The notes beneath the pieces were generated by a model that saw only the letters and a list, made by a program, of their open reading frames with translations, made no database searches and was not told the DNA's origin. Positions 48,030 through 61,965 of a stretch of DNA of 64,000 nucleotides are shown one piece after another. A program made the position numbers and the translations under genes. The DNA is taken from NCBI GenBank assembly GCA_964016885.1, contig OZ024740.1, positions 168,702,001 through 168,766,000 on the forward strand, read 5' to 3'. The stretch is from Eledone cirrhosa (Eukaryota). How positions within the stretch are numbered: the first letter of the stretch is position 1; the number at the start of each line of letters is the position of its first letter.

Positions 48030-50600
48030 ACAGGCATATTGTTATCAGAGAAATGGATACATATAGTAATTGTGGTAGTTAGAGTTTGCCACAATAATTA
48101 AGTATACACAATTGATAGGTGACATGACAGCAACAGTGATCTTTATCTATACTCCACAGTCAGGAATGACAGATGAACAAATGGATCTTTTTTGTAAGTC
48201 TCAAGTAAACAGCTTTGAAAACACACAGCAGTGACTTCATTATTCAGGCTGGTGAATGGCAGTGGATTGGAAGAGTCATTAACCCTTTAGCATTTAAACT
48301 GGCTGTATCTGGCCAGAATTCTCTCACCTCTTTCTGTTCAAACTGGCTGTAACCAGCTACTCATACCGACATTAAGGTATTGTTCTCAAAATAAATAATA
48401 TCAAAATCTCATAGATTCAATATTATGTGAGATAATTATGTGAGATAAAGCCTTTATCACGAAAACACAATAGTAAATATGGAGTAATGCAAATGCTAAC
48501 GGGTTATTGCGAAAATGCTTAGCAGTATTTGTTTTGGCTCTTTGCTTTCATCATCATCACCATCATCATTTAACATCCATCTTCCATGCTAGCATGTGTT
48601 CAAATCCTGCTGGGGTCAACTTTTCATTTTAACCTTCCGAGGTTGATAAAATAATGTACCAGTCAAGTAGTAGGATCGATATAATATCAGCTTTCCTCTT
48701 CCTCTGACTTTGTACATAACTTATAAATCATTGTTATGGCTTGTGACTTTAACAGGCAAGTTGAACAATATCTGAATGGCTACTCTGATTAAAATGGAGG
48801 CCATGACCATGATATAAGAAATAAAGATAGCTCATGGTTTGGGGATTTCTGTAAGATGAAGACCTAAACATTTGTAACCCGAATTTCAGAAAGCTGACCT
48901 GGCACCTGATCCCTTACCATTCAGGATAGACTAATATCACCTGAATATAGGATAGATAATTGATTATAAATGCTATGACCTTCTCTGGTGAAAAATACCC
49001 CACCAAACATACACTAGTAATTAGTGACTTCAGGATAAAAGCTAGATGAACTTTGAAACAGAATTCAAACTGGAGAAGGAAGGTATGGGAACTAAAAGAT
49101 TTTCTGTTGTACTATACCCTGAAGAACTATAACACAGCACCTAGGATGAGAGGGAGGAGATAGAGAACTATGGCATAGAGAATAACTGCAAGACAACTGA
49201 ATGCAAGCCACAGACCAAATTTGTGGCTAGACCAAGGTACCAATACCAGACACAGCTATAAAAGCTAAACAACATGCCTGGAAAGAGTGGAGAAAACTGA
49301 TGAGTGAGAAACATTGGCAGGTTGTTAGAAAAGAATCTAGATGTCAGCTATATCTAGCATGAGGGGAAGCTGAAAGTAAAATGTTTGCCAATGTTCTATT
49401 CCATGAAAACCAGTGATGTAATGTATTCCAAATTGTGAGGCAATATACCAGAATAAATCATAATATCATTAGAGAAAAGGGCATATAAAATGATACTGGA
49501 ACGCAGGTTATGACCGATGCTGAGAAGAAAGGGGTATAGAAGGAGAGGGATCAGCTATCAAGAATGACTATATCATAAAATGGGTAATTGAGGTGTACAA
49601 TCATTTAGTACAGGGTAGTGCTATCCTAAAATGACTATCACTATCATAAACTGCTGCTAAAAAGAAAGGGAAAAGGCCAAAGTATGAATTAACAACAAGC
49701 TCAGTGAAGAATTTAGCATGAATGTGAGTATCCATTAGAGCTTCGTTCTCAACCCCTTCCTATTTATTATAGTTATCTAGGCCATAACAGTAAAGTTCGA
49801 GAGTGATTGACCATGGGAAGTCCTGTATGTTGATGGTCTAAGTTTCGTAACTAAATCAGTTGAAGAATTAGAGGTATATAGTTCCTAACTGAAAGCAGAA
49901 CCTAGAATTGTGAGGGCTAAAATGATTTAGAAAAGATGAAAGTGTTAGCAGGAAAGAAAACAAAGCACTACTCCCAGCTGGTAAATGCCTATACTCAATA
50001 AAAGAAAGGGAGTAAGGAGGAATTTAAACTGTGTATTTAATGCAAACTATAGATACACAAAAGATACAGTGGATTCTTAGGTTGATAGAAAAGGACTTCA
50101 TATGTAATAGAAACACAAGAGTAACTGTCAGCAAGAACACCCAAGAAATGAAATCTTTCAGATGCCCAGATGCTCATTAGATGTAATAATTAACCTCATC
50201 AGCAGTAGGGGTAGATGTTGTGAAAGGGCTTCTCTCTTCAAATAATAGGCAAACTGTGTGGTACTTATGTTTGAATTGTGTGCTGGTGAAACATCAGCAA
50301 TACATGTATGGGATATGTGATAGCTGCAAAGAAATGAGGTGTGCATGTTCTGCTATATGTATAATGTTAACATGTAGGAATGAGAGAGCATAGGTATGCT
50401 GAAAGAAAAACTGGATATCTGAGGTATCTGCTGTAATGTAATGGTATAAACTTAGGATGCAAGCAAAAAGAGCCTGTGAAAGAAAAAAAAACCCCATGTG
50501 GTGAGTCCACATCTCCAGATACTAAACCTAATAAGAGCGATGACAAAGGACTGTGAAAGATGGAGGGACACTGTGTTGAATTTAACCTTCTGATCAATAG
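48030..50600 (+). mobile_element. Old, heavily decayed RTE LINE with nested SINE and MITE insertions
   Basis: Recognisable remnants of APE, RT (…TTTATTATAGTT..CCATGGGAAGTCCTGTATGTTGATG) and finger regions; no intact ORF. Confidence 0.6.
48279..48507. mobile_element. piggyBac-type MITE
   Basis: TTAA-CCCTTTAGCATTT ... AAATGCTAACGGG-TTAT termini. Confidence 0.7.
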
Positions 50601-51029
50601 TGTGTGACAGTGTCTGTTTTATATTTTTTTATCCTGTTAGTAAAATAAGTTGGATTACTTAGAATAAATAATGAATGAATATTATATAATTTATCTACTA
50701 AATTTTATAACACATGATTAAACATAAATAATTTGATGTATTGCTTATTTCAAGATTCACTCCGTTTAAAAATTTCAAATTTCAACTTCCGGTATATCGC
50801 GACCATCACCACTTCAACATGTATATATATATATATATAGACAGAGTGAGAAAGAAAGAGAGAGTGTGTGAAGAGAGAGAGATACATAGAGATAGAGTGA
50901 CTATGTGACAGATATATATATATAGAGAGAGAAAGAAAGAGAAAGATGAAAAGAGGATTTTTTTCAACATAATGTTGTGTATGAGTATGTATGTGCATGT
51001 GTGTATGTGCTTATACATACATTTATATG

Positions 51030-51665
51030 TATAAAAAAAATAATAATATAAGGCTTACAGAACAAAAACACAAACAAATATGATATATAGAAAGAAAGAG
51101 AAAGGAAAAAACACAGAAGCAGGTAACACACTTCTAGGACCACATACAAAAGGGAGGCAAAAGGGGTAGACAAACAAGCCGTTACCAGAGCAAAAGATAA
51201 TAATATCGCGAGGAGCACTGGGAAACTTCTCTAATAATTTCTGAGGCAAGCCAGCACACTTGCAGCGTTACCTTCGGTGATGGCAAGGCTGAGGTGCTGG
51301 AACAACCAAGCGCCCTCACGAACATCACCAGTTACCTTGGTTAAGCGAGCCGCCAGTCAGTAACCTGATTCCCCCAAACATCTTGAACGCCACTGCCTGG
51401 AAAATGTAGTTAGCCGACAGATCATGGTATTTTAGGATTTGATTCCGTTCGGCTGTGGATGCAGTAGTTCTCACCCTTACCGCTGCATCCAGCATCAGGG
51501 AAGATGAAAAAGAGTCACTAACTGTGGCGTCCCAGATAAGGCACCTACCTCTTGACCAGGAGCACAGGGTAAGACCGTCAGGTCTTCTCCCATCAATTCT
51601 GGACAACCCAGATGGTTCCAAAATTGAGGGGATGTTTGCCCGGGCCAAAGCTCTTAAGTGGTAAT
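51030..51665 (-). mobile_element. 3' end of a CRE-type non-LTR retrotransposon (restriction-like endonuclease domain)
   Basis: [45 protein letters not shown] motif; 3' boundary approximate. Confidence 0.8.
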
Positions 51666-51752
51666 AGGACAGTGTGTGTATGTGCGTGCGTGAGTTTGTC
51701 AGCATTCTTAAATTAGAGACACGTGTGTGTCATATATATGTGTGTGTGCGTC

Positions 51753-51784
<32 letters not shown>

Positions 51785-51904
51785 TTGTGTGTGTCACTGT
51801 TTAAGTTAGAGACATATATATGTGTGTATGTATCCCGTTCCTTTTATACACACATACATTCACACAAACACACACACACATTGTGTGATGGACGGATGGA
51901 CAGA

Positions 51905-52540
51905 AGTCACTCAAATTTATATACATGTGAATGGAGTTCCACTGAAGCTGGTAGAGAAGTTCAAGTATCTCGGGGCTGTATTCAAAGTGATGGAATGCAG
52001 GAAGCTGAATTAAGTGCAAGTAATGCTCCAGCTTCAGCATTCAATAATCAGAAGGGAGGTAGGTGTAAAAGCCAAACTCGCTGTCTTCCTGGTATTCCTG
52101 CCAACCTTTACCTATGGTCATGAATCTTGGGTAATGACTAAAAGAATACGATTGCAAATACAATTGGCCAAAATGGGGTTCTTCTTGGAGTAACTTTAGT
52201 AGATAAAGTGCATAGCTCAGAGATCAGAGAGTTATTCCATGTAGAGCTGCTACTTCTCCGGATTGAAATATCACAGCTCCAATACTATGGACATGTGGTT
52301 AGAATGTCTCAGGAAAGAATCGCTGGACAGATTTTACGGGTAAAACCAACTGGCAAGAGACCTATGGGGTAGTCCCTGAGCAAGATAGTTGGATAACATC
52401 CATGAGCTTGGCTGGTCACACTTTGGGATCCAGCTGGATCAGTTAGAGATGTTTGCTACTGACAGACTCGCTGGAAGGAGTGTTTGAGAAGGACTCTGCC
52501 CCCACGACCCTCTCAGAAATAAGTGGGTGAAGAAGAAGAT
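51905..52540 (+). mobile_element. Expander-like RTE LINE 3' portion with GAA tail
   Basis: LKLVEKFKYLG, YGHESWVMT and YYGHVVRM remnants; ends GAAGAAGAAG. Confidence 0.8.
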
Positions 52541-55500
52541 ATTGTCAATTTACTTTTCAATTTACATATATCTATATGCAGATATATTTGTGTATAATAC
52601 CAATGCGCACACTACATATGCTAACAGAGAACCGCCCAAAAGGCAGTTCTTCTGCTAGTTCTAAAAATGATGATATATTTAGAAAGAGCCATATTGATAT
52701 TTTTGTAACTGAAATTTACTGTCCAATATAAATAGGGTTTTACTGAAAAGAAATCAATGATTTTTTTCTAGTCTCCCATCGGATATTTCATTTAAAGTAA
52801 CTATTTAAACTAATTTGAATGTATTAATAATGATATTCTGTAGTTAATGTGCTAGTAAGTTATTAATAGTTTAGCAATGCAACACAGTTGTATTGTTCTG
52901 ATGCATCTCATATTAGCATGTACTTCATAACATATATTGAATTGCATTACATTGTTCTGTTTGTCAGTGATTTGATATATATTTTTTCTACAATATGTAA
53001 TAATATCCCCAATATTCAAAATATTGATAAATTGATTATAGAAATTACAATACTTGATATTCAAATCCTTTCTCACATCTTCACAATTGAATCCGTTGCT
53101 TACACCAGAATATCATAGTGAATATTTTTTTAATTCTTTTTGTTTGTACATTTGGAAGTGTTGTGGAAAGAAAGAGCTGTCATTCTTGTTGCAAGTTGGA
53201 AGGCTTGTCTTCACATGATGCCATGTGGTGTCAGAGTTTCCTTGCCATCATCAATCCACTTCTAGGTTAGCCTCTGGCCTTGTGGCTAACATCCTTGTAT
53301 TATAAGGCATGATGGACTGGCTAGTTGACTCGCATTCTCAGTGACATGTGAACCATCGTATTTTGCATTGTAAGTGACAATGGATTGGTTTTTTCCCCCA
53401 TCTTCTTGATCTGGTTATTCCTGTTGCTATCTTATCTGGTCCTGTTGACAGTTTTTTTTCAGGCAGTGTATTTCATAGGTTGTGCTTTAAGGCTTAGTCA
53501 CGGTTCAGCTTTGACATTGCTATGTGAATGTAGGGATAATAATTGAGAGGATTAACTTAGCTTTAGAATTCATTGGGTTGTTTAGGTGTTTCAAGAATGA
53601 GGCAATCTGGTCACAGGTAATTAATATTTTGAAAGATTTATTTTAAATGTTCAATGCATTGGGTAAAGCCAGTTTCTGTTTTCTATTACTGTTAGTCTGA
53701 AGTTGGTCAATGTGGCAGAGTTGTTAGAGCTTTGGATATTTGTTCCAGGTTTTTGAGTTCTGAGTTTAAATCCTGCCAAAGTCTACTTTGCTTTTCATTC
53801 TTTGGGGGTTAATAAAGAAAATACTAGCCCAGTGCTGGTGCAGCCCTCTCTACTTCCAACTGCCACATCCTGGATGTTCAAGAGGGGAAGGATCAAGTTA
53901 GTGTCTATGTCTGCTTGTGACTTCATGGACATCTAAAACCCTTAGCAATAAAAAGGGTACATACTATCAAGTCATACTTGATTGCAAGTGATGGCTGTAG
54001 TAGTTTTACTGTTAGTCTAATCTTCACTATTTTGATCTTTAGGCCTTTTAATTTTAGACTAATTTTCCTAGTTTTAATTTTTTCTCACAATTCTTAAAGA
54101 CATTATACCATATGAGTCAGTTATCAGCTTACAAAAACTTCCCACAAAAATCCTGTCTTGAACTGTTTGATTACTTTAATAATGATGAGTAAGAGAAAAG
54201 AGCTGAGAATGTAGCCCTGGTAGAAATTCACCTGGATACTGCTTGTTTTAATCATCATCATCTTCATCATATATGTCACTCAACCTGTTAGAAATAGCAG
54301 TCAAATTTCCCTCAGGTCAACTCCACCATCTTAAAAATGTAAAAGAATGTACTCCTTGTTATACTGTGTCAGAATAAAAGACTAAATGATCATAACTAGT
54401 ATGCCATTGATTATAAGTCTGCTCAATCAGAGTTGTTCTCAAGCAAAACAACAGCAACAACCTAAATTACTATCATGAGTCATTCCAGTATATTCTGCAT
54501 TTTCATAGCACAATAACAGTAATATTTTGTGTTGTTTGTTAAGAACTTTTGTTGTAACTTTCCTATTAGAAATATAGCACCTATAGTTTATGTTCTAATA
54601 TAAATCCCAGTAACACACTATGCAATTTAACTACATCCTGCATTCAAACTGATGAAGGAGCCTATATATGATTACTTGACCTGCTAGAAACAGCTATAAA
54701 ATCTTCTTTATATTGCATTCTGCTGTCTTTATATTGCATTCTGCTGTCTTTATCACAATCTATTGTCCACTAAGTCTGAAACAAAAAGCAGGTTAGTCAC
54801 AGATGGAATGCAGTTGATCATATGTTTGACTTTGTGTTAAATAACATCTTGCATTAACTTTGCTGCTGTTTTTTAAACCTTTGAACATAATTTAATTCTG
54901 TAACTATAATTGTAATTATGGTGTTTCTATGTCATTGGTAATTACACATTCTTCTGGTTATAAAAGCATTGATCTATCTTCATGCTTTCAACTGTTGTGA
55001 TAGATTAATAGAGTGTTTGCATACCAGATACCTGAACTGTATAGATAATCTGTATTGATGCTTGATCATAACTAAACAGATTAACTAACCGAGTTGGGAT
55101 GGTAAAACACTATCTATTGACTCTTTTTAAATGTAGATACATTTTCAAATGCAGATTTTTTTTATCGTAAGTTGCACCATCTTTATTAAACAAATAACTT
55201 GTTATGTTATGGTAAGTACAATTGACTACAATCTTTTTTTGTGTGAAACTTTAAGTCTGTCTGAGTGTATCTAACCTTGACTAGAGGCATGAGAAAATCA
55301 AATTTTAAAACAATTTTAGCATAACATCGGAAGGACAATTTTACTCACGTTCACTTGGCCATCTGTAATTTGAACAATAACATTAATGAACTTATTGCTA
55401 ACCTTAGAATGGGAGTATTAAAAGGAATGATCCAGAAATCAGAATGCATAGTCTTTGATTTTCAGATTGAAAGGTGATGCATTTATTATTTTTCATTGGT

Positions 55501-55560
55501 ATGCACTTTTTGAATTGGTTATCATTTATATCTCTAACTACATGGTGTCTTTTATTTCAG

Positions 55561-55737
55561 TTAACTATTCCATGCAAGGAAATATGTGCTATTACCAAAG
55601 AGAAAACTGCTCGAGTGATACCAAATGCTATACAAATTGCTACAGAAAAAGACAAATATTTTTTCACCTCTTTTGGGACTCGAGACAAAACTTTTATGAT
55701 GTTGTTCAGGATTTGGCAAAATGCCCTGATGGATCAG
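55561..55737 (+). CDS. GRAMD1B: GRAMD1/Aster-like exon D, end of GRAM domain (LTIPCKEICAITKEKTARVIPNAIQ...FFTSFGTRDKTFMMLFRIWQNALMDQ)
   Basis: tttcAG acceptor and GTAAAT donor at 55738; 177 nt, phase 0-0; KEKTARxIPNAIQ and FFTSF motifs. Confidence 0.96.
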
Positions 55738-57189
55738 GTAAATGCTTTTTTCCTTTTTTTCTTTTTTTACTTATAGCATATTTTTATGTTATTTGAAGTA
55801 TATCTTCTATGCTAGCATGGGTTAAACGGGATAGTAGATCTTCTAAAAACAACATATGTGTCGTTCTCATACATGATATTTCTATTGAAAAGTTTCTATG
55901 ATGATGTTCAATTAAATATTTGATCTTTGTATTAATGCTGAAGGCAACAAATAGGTAGAGCTGTTTCAGCCTTGATTTAAATGCCTTGGTATTTGTTCCA
56001 GCTCACTGCACTCTGAATTCATATTCCACTGAAATCAACTTTGCCTTGCATCTTTTCGGGGTTGATAAATTAAGTAGCTGTCCAGGGTGGTGGATTGTCA
56101 GGATTGTTAAAGAGTCAGATGTGGGTTTTTGCGGTATCTGATCTGATTCTGTGTATTCTGAGTTTATATACCACATCCTTCTATCAAGAGTTGTAATCAG
56201 CAAATAATATCAGGAATGGGGTGACCAGTACAAACATTGTTTCCTTGGTCCAATTAGCTGAATGGCTCTTTTCATTAATGTTGTATTAGAGCAGTGGAAT
56301 AACAGAAACAATAGGGCGTTTGAGTAAATGCTTTGTAGTAATGTCTTATTCATTCTGAGTTCAAATTTTGCCAGTGATGTATTTGTTTCCCTCTCCCTAG
56401 ATTCAATAACATAAAAATCAATAACGTACTGGAATCAATTTAATTGATTATACTCCCTTCCTTCTAATTTCTGGTCTTGTACCAAAAGTTAGATATTAAC
56501 ATTTATGCTGAATAAAAGAAATCAATATTATAATTTAAAAAAATTCATACTATTTGAATTAAAACTATAATAAAAGAATTCTACACACTAAACAGAAAGG
56601 TAAGTGAAATGAGTAAAACTGTGAAGCCTGCCCTGAGAGGAGCAACCACTAATAAGACTGTTTGAGTCAGAAGTCATTTACTATAGAGGCATATTAAATA
56701 GCATAACCATAAATGGAGCAGGGTGAGGTCACAGTCATGTGAGTGTGTGTTTTGTCAGACATGTAAATGTGTGTTAAGAAGTGTCTGTGATGTTCCATTA
56801 TGTAGTGAGAATGGATATGGGGGAAGAGGGTACTTATGGGGGTATGTGATAATTGAATTACATGTTCAATCCTGAGTAAAATATGTGTCCAGAAAATGTT
56901 TTGAATTCAGGACATCACAGTAAGTTTGAAAGTCAGGGTTTTCATGTAGAATCATAGTTTTTGGTTTATATCCTTTAGTAATTTTCATAAATTTCCAAAA
57001 CTATTGGTAGATTTCATGATGCTGCTGGGTGATAGCAAAACATAGGCATTAATGCAGAGTATGTGTGATGGTTGGAAAGAAATGAAGTAAATTTGTTCCA
57101 CTGAATGTGTAATATTGGTCGGTAACCAACACAATGGAACCCACTGTGATCGAGAAACATGAGGCTGCCTGTAAGACTTGGAACCAGCT

Positions 57190-58090
57190 CAGGCTCAGCC
57201 CAGTAGACGTCCCTTCACCTTTTCACCCTATTGATGTCTAATCTCCCCAGAGCATATGGGATGCCATCCAGTGCAACCTGGCCTTGGACAGACTAGCGCA
57301 CCAGCTCCGCCTTGTTTGTTTTTGCTCAGCCTCGAAACTCCACAGCGGTGCCTGGCTCAATGTCTTACCCTCCTTTTCTACTGGCATGCAGCTGGATAAT
57401 GATAGCTGTACATTGGAGTTTCCCTGAGGCTCGGCCTCTAGATCTGTGAGCCGCACAAATGTCTCTACCCGATTCCCTGTTGCTACAGTGCCGGCAGCCT
57501 TCCACACCAAGCTGCACTTAACGAGGTTGTAAAGCATGGCGTGGATGCTGCAGGCTTCTCCTACCGGCTTGAGCCAGTGGGGCTGAACTGAGGGGACGGC
57601 AAAAGGCCAGACGGCATCACCATCTTCTCATTTTGTGGTGGTAAACCCTTTGTCTGAGATGCCACATGCAGCGACACATTCTCCAGTGGAAACCTGGTGC
57701 AGTCTGTGACTAACGCCGGTTCTGCTGCACTTCAGGCTGAGGAGGGTAAACTCTCCAAATATCGGTTGCTCTCTGACAGGTTTGCAGTCAAGCCCCTAGC
57801 AGTGGAGACTTCTGGTGTCCTTCGCTCTAGGGCCACCTCCCTACTCACCACCATAGGTGCTGAGCTCGCTAGTCGCAAGTGTGAGCCTCGCGAGCTGGAA
57901 TGGCTCTTTCAGCGCATCTCCCTCACCATCCTCCAGGGAAATGCCTTTTCTATTCTGTCTGGTGCGGCCGTGGGGTGGCCAACATGTGAGACCTCATTTG
58001 CTCATAATAGTGAAAGATAGGGAGGGCAAGAGAGACGGAGGTGATGACAGTGGGAGTGTGGTTCCTCTGTGTTCGGACCTGGTGTAATTT
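57190..58090 (+). mobile_element. Second CRE-type non-LTR retrotransposon 3' fragment (different subfamily)
   Basis: SGAWLNVLP, DGKRPDGITIF, DATCSDT, KLSKY, PLAVETSG and FQRISLTILQGNA motifs, with frameshifts. Confidence 0.82.
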
Positions 58091-58817
58091 TACACTAGCA
58101 ACTAGAATATAAGATGATTTGTTTCTTGTAGAAGTCAGCATTGGCAAGAGTTAATACATTACATCTGTTGAAAAAAAATATATATAGTGACTAGATGTAG
58201 TGTTCCATTTTCTAATTAAAACCATTTTATCTGTGTGTGTACAAATGACAGAGCAGAAACAAGTTGAGAGAAAAACAATATATAAAAGGATTCATCTATA
58301 GTGTGCATGAGAGAAGACTATGCTGATACAAGCATATAATGTGTATGGAGGATAACAGTTGGATAAAGAAGTATCAAACAATCCAAATGGAAGAGGATGA
58401 TATGGGAAGAAGTAGTGAAAGTTGATTTCATTAGACTGAACCTCATAAAAATAACAAGGGTTACTATTTAAATTAAATCTTCCAACATAATTTTATTTAA
58501 GAACCATATGTTAAGTTATGTTAGTAATGTAATAATTAATAAATTCTTCATTAGTATATTTTAATAGATTACAATCATGAAAGGGTTAAGTGACTACTTT
58601 ATGTAATAATATAATAATAAATTATATAATAATATAATAATAAATGAAAATTATTGTGTACAATGCTCACGTGCACTACAACATGTACAACAATATACAA
58701 CAATTATGTACTTTATGATTTTGGTATAAACAAAGTTGTTGCCCTTGATTACAACAAAGCTTTAGGCTCTAAAGCATAGATAAAATGACATATGCTAAGT
58801 TGCAACTAGTTAATAAT

Positions 58818-59000
58818 TGTTTCTACTTTTGGCACAAGGCCAGCAATTACCCACTGCATTACTGGTACTTTATTTTATCGACACCGTAAGGATGAAAGGC
58901 AAAGTTAACCTCAGCGGGATTTGAACTCAGATCATAAAGGGCCGTAACTCTTTGCTGCAAAGCATGGGGTCCGACCCTCTACCGATATTGCCAATCCACC
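58818..59000 (-). mobile_element. SINE family A with 15-bp target-site duplication
   Basis: TSD CAACTAGTTAATAAT at 58803-58817 and 59001-59015. Confidence 0.92.
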
Positions 59001-59706
59001 CAACTAGTTAATAATAACCAGTAGATACTTTGTTCTTCAATTTGATAAATTGATGATAGTAAATTAGTAGAAATCTAACAATGACCACATCTACAGAGAA
59101 CACCTATACACTTAATTATTCAGGATTACTTCAGAGAAATGAAGAAATTCCAGTCCTGTTGCTGCCTACTCTCCAGACAGCATAACTCCCATCATGGCTA
59201 AATACAAGCACTGTATAAAATTGATTAAAAATGACAATTTATAAATGTTTGATATACATTGCTTTATTCACCAAGAAAATTTAGTTGCCTGGGAGTTCTC
59301 TGTGGAAATCAATATGTTTATTCCATCAACTGTGTGAAGAGAGTGATGAACATTATAGTTTGTTGTTACTGTGCTGCATTATCCACTGGTTGTCCATTGG
59401 GAATTGCTTACACAGCTTTATATAACTATACGACACCATCCTTGATATTTTTTCATAGTAAATCAGCCACTTTCTACAGACCAATGTAAATCACTTATCA
59501 GCTACCTAAATGATATTTTTCGGAGCTTAATATTCTCAATAAAGAACTGAAAAGTACTGAAAATACACTCTTTGATGCAAAGACAAACCTTCTGGGATTC
59601 ACAGAAATATATTCTGTGCTTTGTGCAATAGTTTGACACTGATTTTCAGCCACTTCTTTTGGCTATCACAGTGTGGTGATATATCAGATGATGTTATCAT
59701 AATAAT

Positions 59707-59886
59707 TGTTTCTACTTTAGGCACAAGGCCAGCAATTACCCAGTGCATTACTGGTACTTTATTTTATCGACCCCGTAAGGATGAAAGGCAAAGTCAACCT
59801 CGGCGGGATTTGAACTCAGATCGTAAAGAGACGTAACTATGCTGGAAAGCATGGTGTCCGACCCTCTACCGATACTGCCAATCCAC
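59707..59886 (-). mobile_element. SINE family A with 12-bp target-site duplication
   Basis: TSD TATCATAATAAT at 59695-59706 and 59887-59898. Confidence 0.92.
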
Positions 59887-60227
59887 TATCATAATAATCT
59901 TCTATTAAGAAGTTCATCAATAAGCAATCCAATGATTTAGTTAATTTTACCTTTTCATTAGGATATGCATAAACTTTTTGGTGTTATCTCATTAATGTTG
60001 AAATAAAGATTCTAAATGATGTAACCATCAAAGTACTGCATTTTTCATGGATATTTCCTTATGGGGTTTGGAAGAAGTATTTTGTAACTATCCAAAACTG
60101 TGCCTAATTTTGTTCTGTCATTTCCATCATTGTATGTTGTTGAATGTGGATTTAGTACAGTTGTTGATTTGTTCTGCAAGAAGTGAAACCAGCTTGATAT
60201 TACAAAAATAAGGAGATTTATGACATA

Positions 60228-60760
60228 TACTGGCAACTCAAGCTGGCTGTGGACAAGTGTCCCACCATGCATTTTGGGAGTAAAAACGCAGCGGCCACAT
60301 ACTCCCTCCACAACACTTATATCAAGAAGTCTTCTTGTGAATGTGACCTGGGCATTACTGTCAGCAGTGATTTGCGTTGGATGAAGCACGTCTCTAAAAT
60401 TGTCAGCAAGACCTTTGTCAGCCGCTCTCCAGCTATCTATTTAAAGCTGTATATAGCTATGGTGTGGCCACACTTAGATTTTGCATCACCAGTCTGGAAC
60501 CCCTATCTGCTCAGAACATTGACCACCTGGAAACTGTTCAGAGACGTGCAACCAAGCGAATACCCTCCATCAGGTATCTACCATACTCTGAACACCTTAT
60601 TTCCCTGGGCATGGATACATTGAAGCTCCGATGTCTGGCAACTGACTTGGAATACACCCACAAAATTATTAACCATCTTGCCAACAACAACCCTGAGTAC
60701 CTTTTTGATTTCCATGTGTCTAACACGTGGGCATGCCAACAAAGTAAGAAAACAGCACAG
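60228..60760 (+). mobile_element. CR1-like LINE fragment (same family as 24145-25678)
   Basis: DKCPTMHFG..CECDLGITVSSDLRW..VQRRATKRIPS. Confidence 0.88.
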
Positions 60761-61044
60761 TGAGACCTTAGGCAAGGGTCTTCTACTATAGATTTGGGTT
60801 GACCAATGCCTTGTGAAGAAGCTTGCCGTGTATGTGTATGTGTGTTTACATGTCTGTGTTTATATTATTTACTGTTTGTTTATGTCCTGTAACAGTGGTT
60901 CGTCAAACAGAAATCGATAAGATAAGAGCCAGTCTACAATTCAGAATACATTATCCATTCTTATGAAACTTCTCACTTACATGAACTAATAAATACTTTT
61001 AATAACATGATTTCAAAATAGATCTTGCTTATAATTTCAAATAT

Positions 61045-61612
61045 ATCTTGCTCATAACATTGACCTCCTGGAAACTGTTCAGAGACATGAAACCAAGCAG
61101 ATACCCTCCATCAGGCATCTACCATACTCTGAATGCCTTGCTTCCCTGTGCATGGATATATTAAAGCTCCGACATCTGGCAACTGACTTGGTAGACACCC
61201 ACAAAATTATTAACCATCTTGCCAACAACAACACTGAGCACCTTTTTGAATTCCATATGTCTAACACCCATGGACATGCTTACAAAATCAGAAAACAGCA
61301 CAGCTCCCAAGACTTTCGGAAACATTTTTTCACGCTCTGAGTTGCTGAAGCATGGAACAAACTCCCTGCATCAGTTGTTAGCTGTCGAGACACTGCATCC
61401 TTTAAAACCTCCATGCTTCCTGAGATTCGCCAACACTACACCTAATATTCCCCCTCCATACACACGCACACATGTATATCATGACTCATACACTATTCAC
61501 TTCCCTGACATTTGTATATTATTCTATGTACTATACATGCACCTTTGATGAGTTGTAGTGCACCTGAGCACTGTACAGAATAATTTCATTATTATTATTA
61601 TTATTATTATTA
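61045..61612 (+). mobile_element. CR1-like LINE 3' end with (ATT)n tail (same family as 24145-25678)
   Basis: Reverse complement of ~24160-24710; overlaps in element coordinates with 60505-60760. Confidence 0.9.
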
Positions 61613-61618
61613 TACTAT

Positions 61619-61965
61619 GGAGGCACATGGCTTAGTGATTAGAACATTAGCCTTGCAATCGAAAGGTTGTGAGTTCAATTCTCAGACCTGGTGATGTTTT
61701 GTTTCCTTGAGCATGACACTTTATTTCACATTGCTCCAGTTTACTCAGCTGTAAAAATGAGGTGATAGGGACTGGGGTCCATATCATTCCACTGCAAAGT
61801 GGTCGTACAGGTGCCACGGCAAAAAAGCACCCAGCACTCACTGTAAATGAGGTTGGTGTTAGGAAGGGCATCCAGCTGTAGAAATCAAGCCAGAATCTGT
61901 TCCCGTCCCACCCTTGCAAGCAGGGAAAAGCGGACATAAAATGATGATGATGATGATGATGATGA
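61619..61965 (+). mobile_element. SINE family B with (ATG)n tail
   Basis: Near-identical to 26154-26530 but with one fewer ~48-bp internal unit. Confidence 0.88.

Noticed and set aside
54649-54715. CTGATGAAGG...GAAAC as a hammerhead
   Set aside because: No helix II pairing; the sequence belongs to a dispersed repeat also seen at ~13945 and ~54285.
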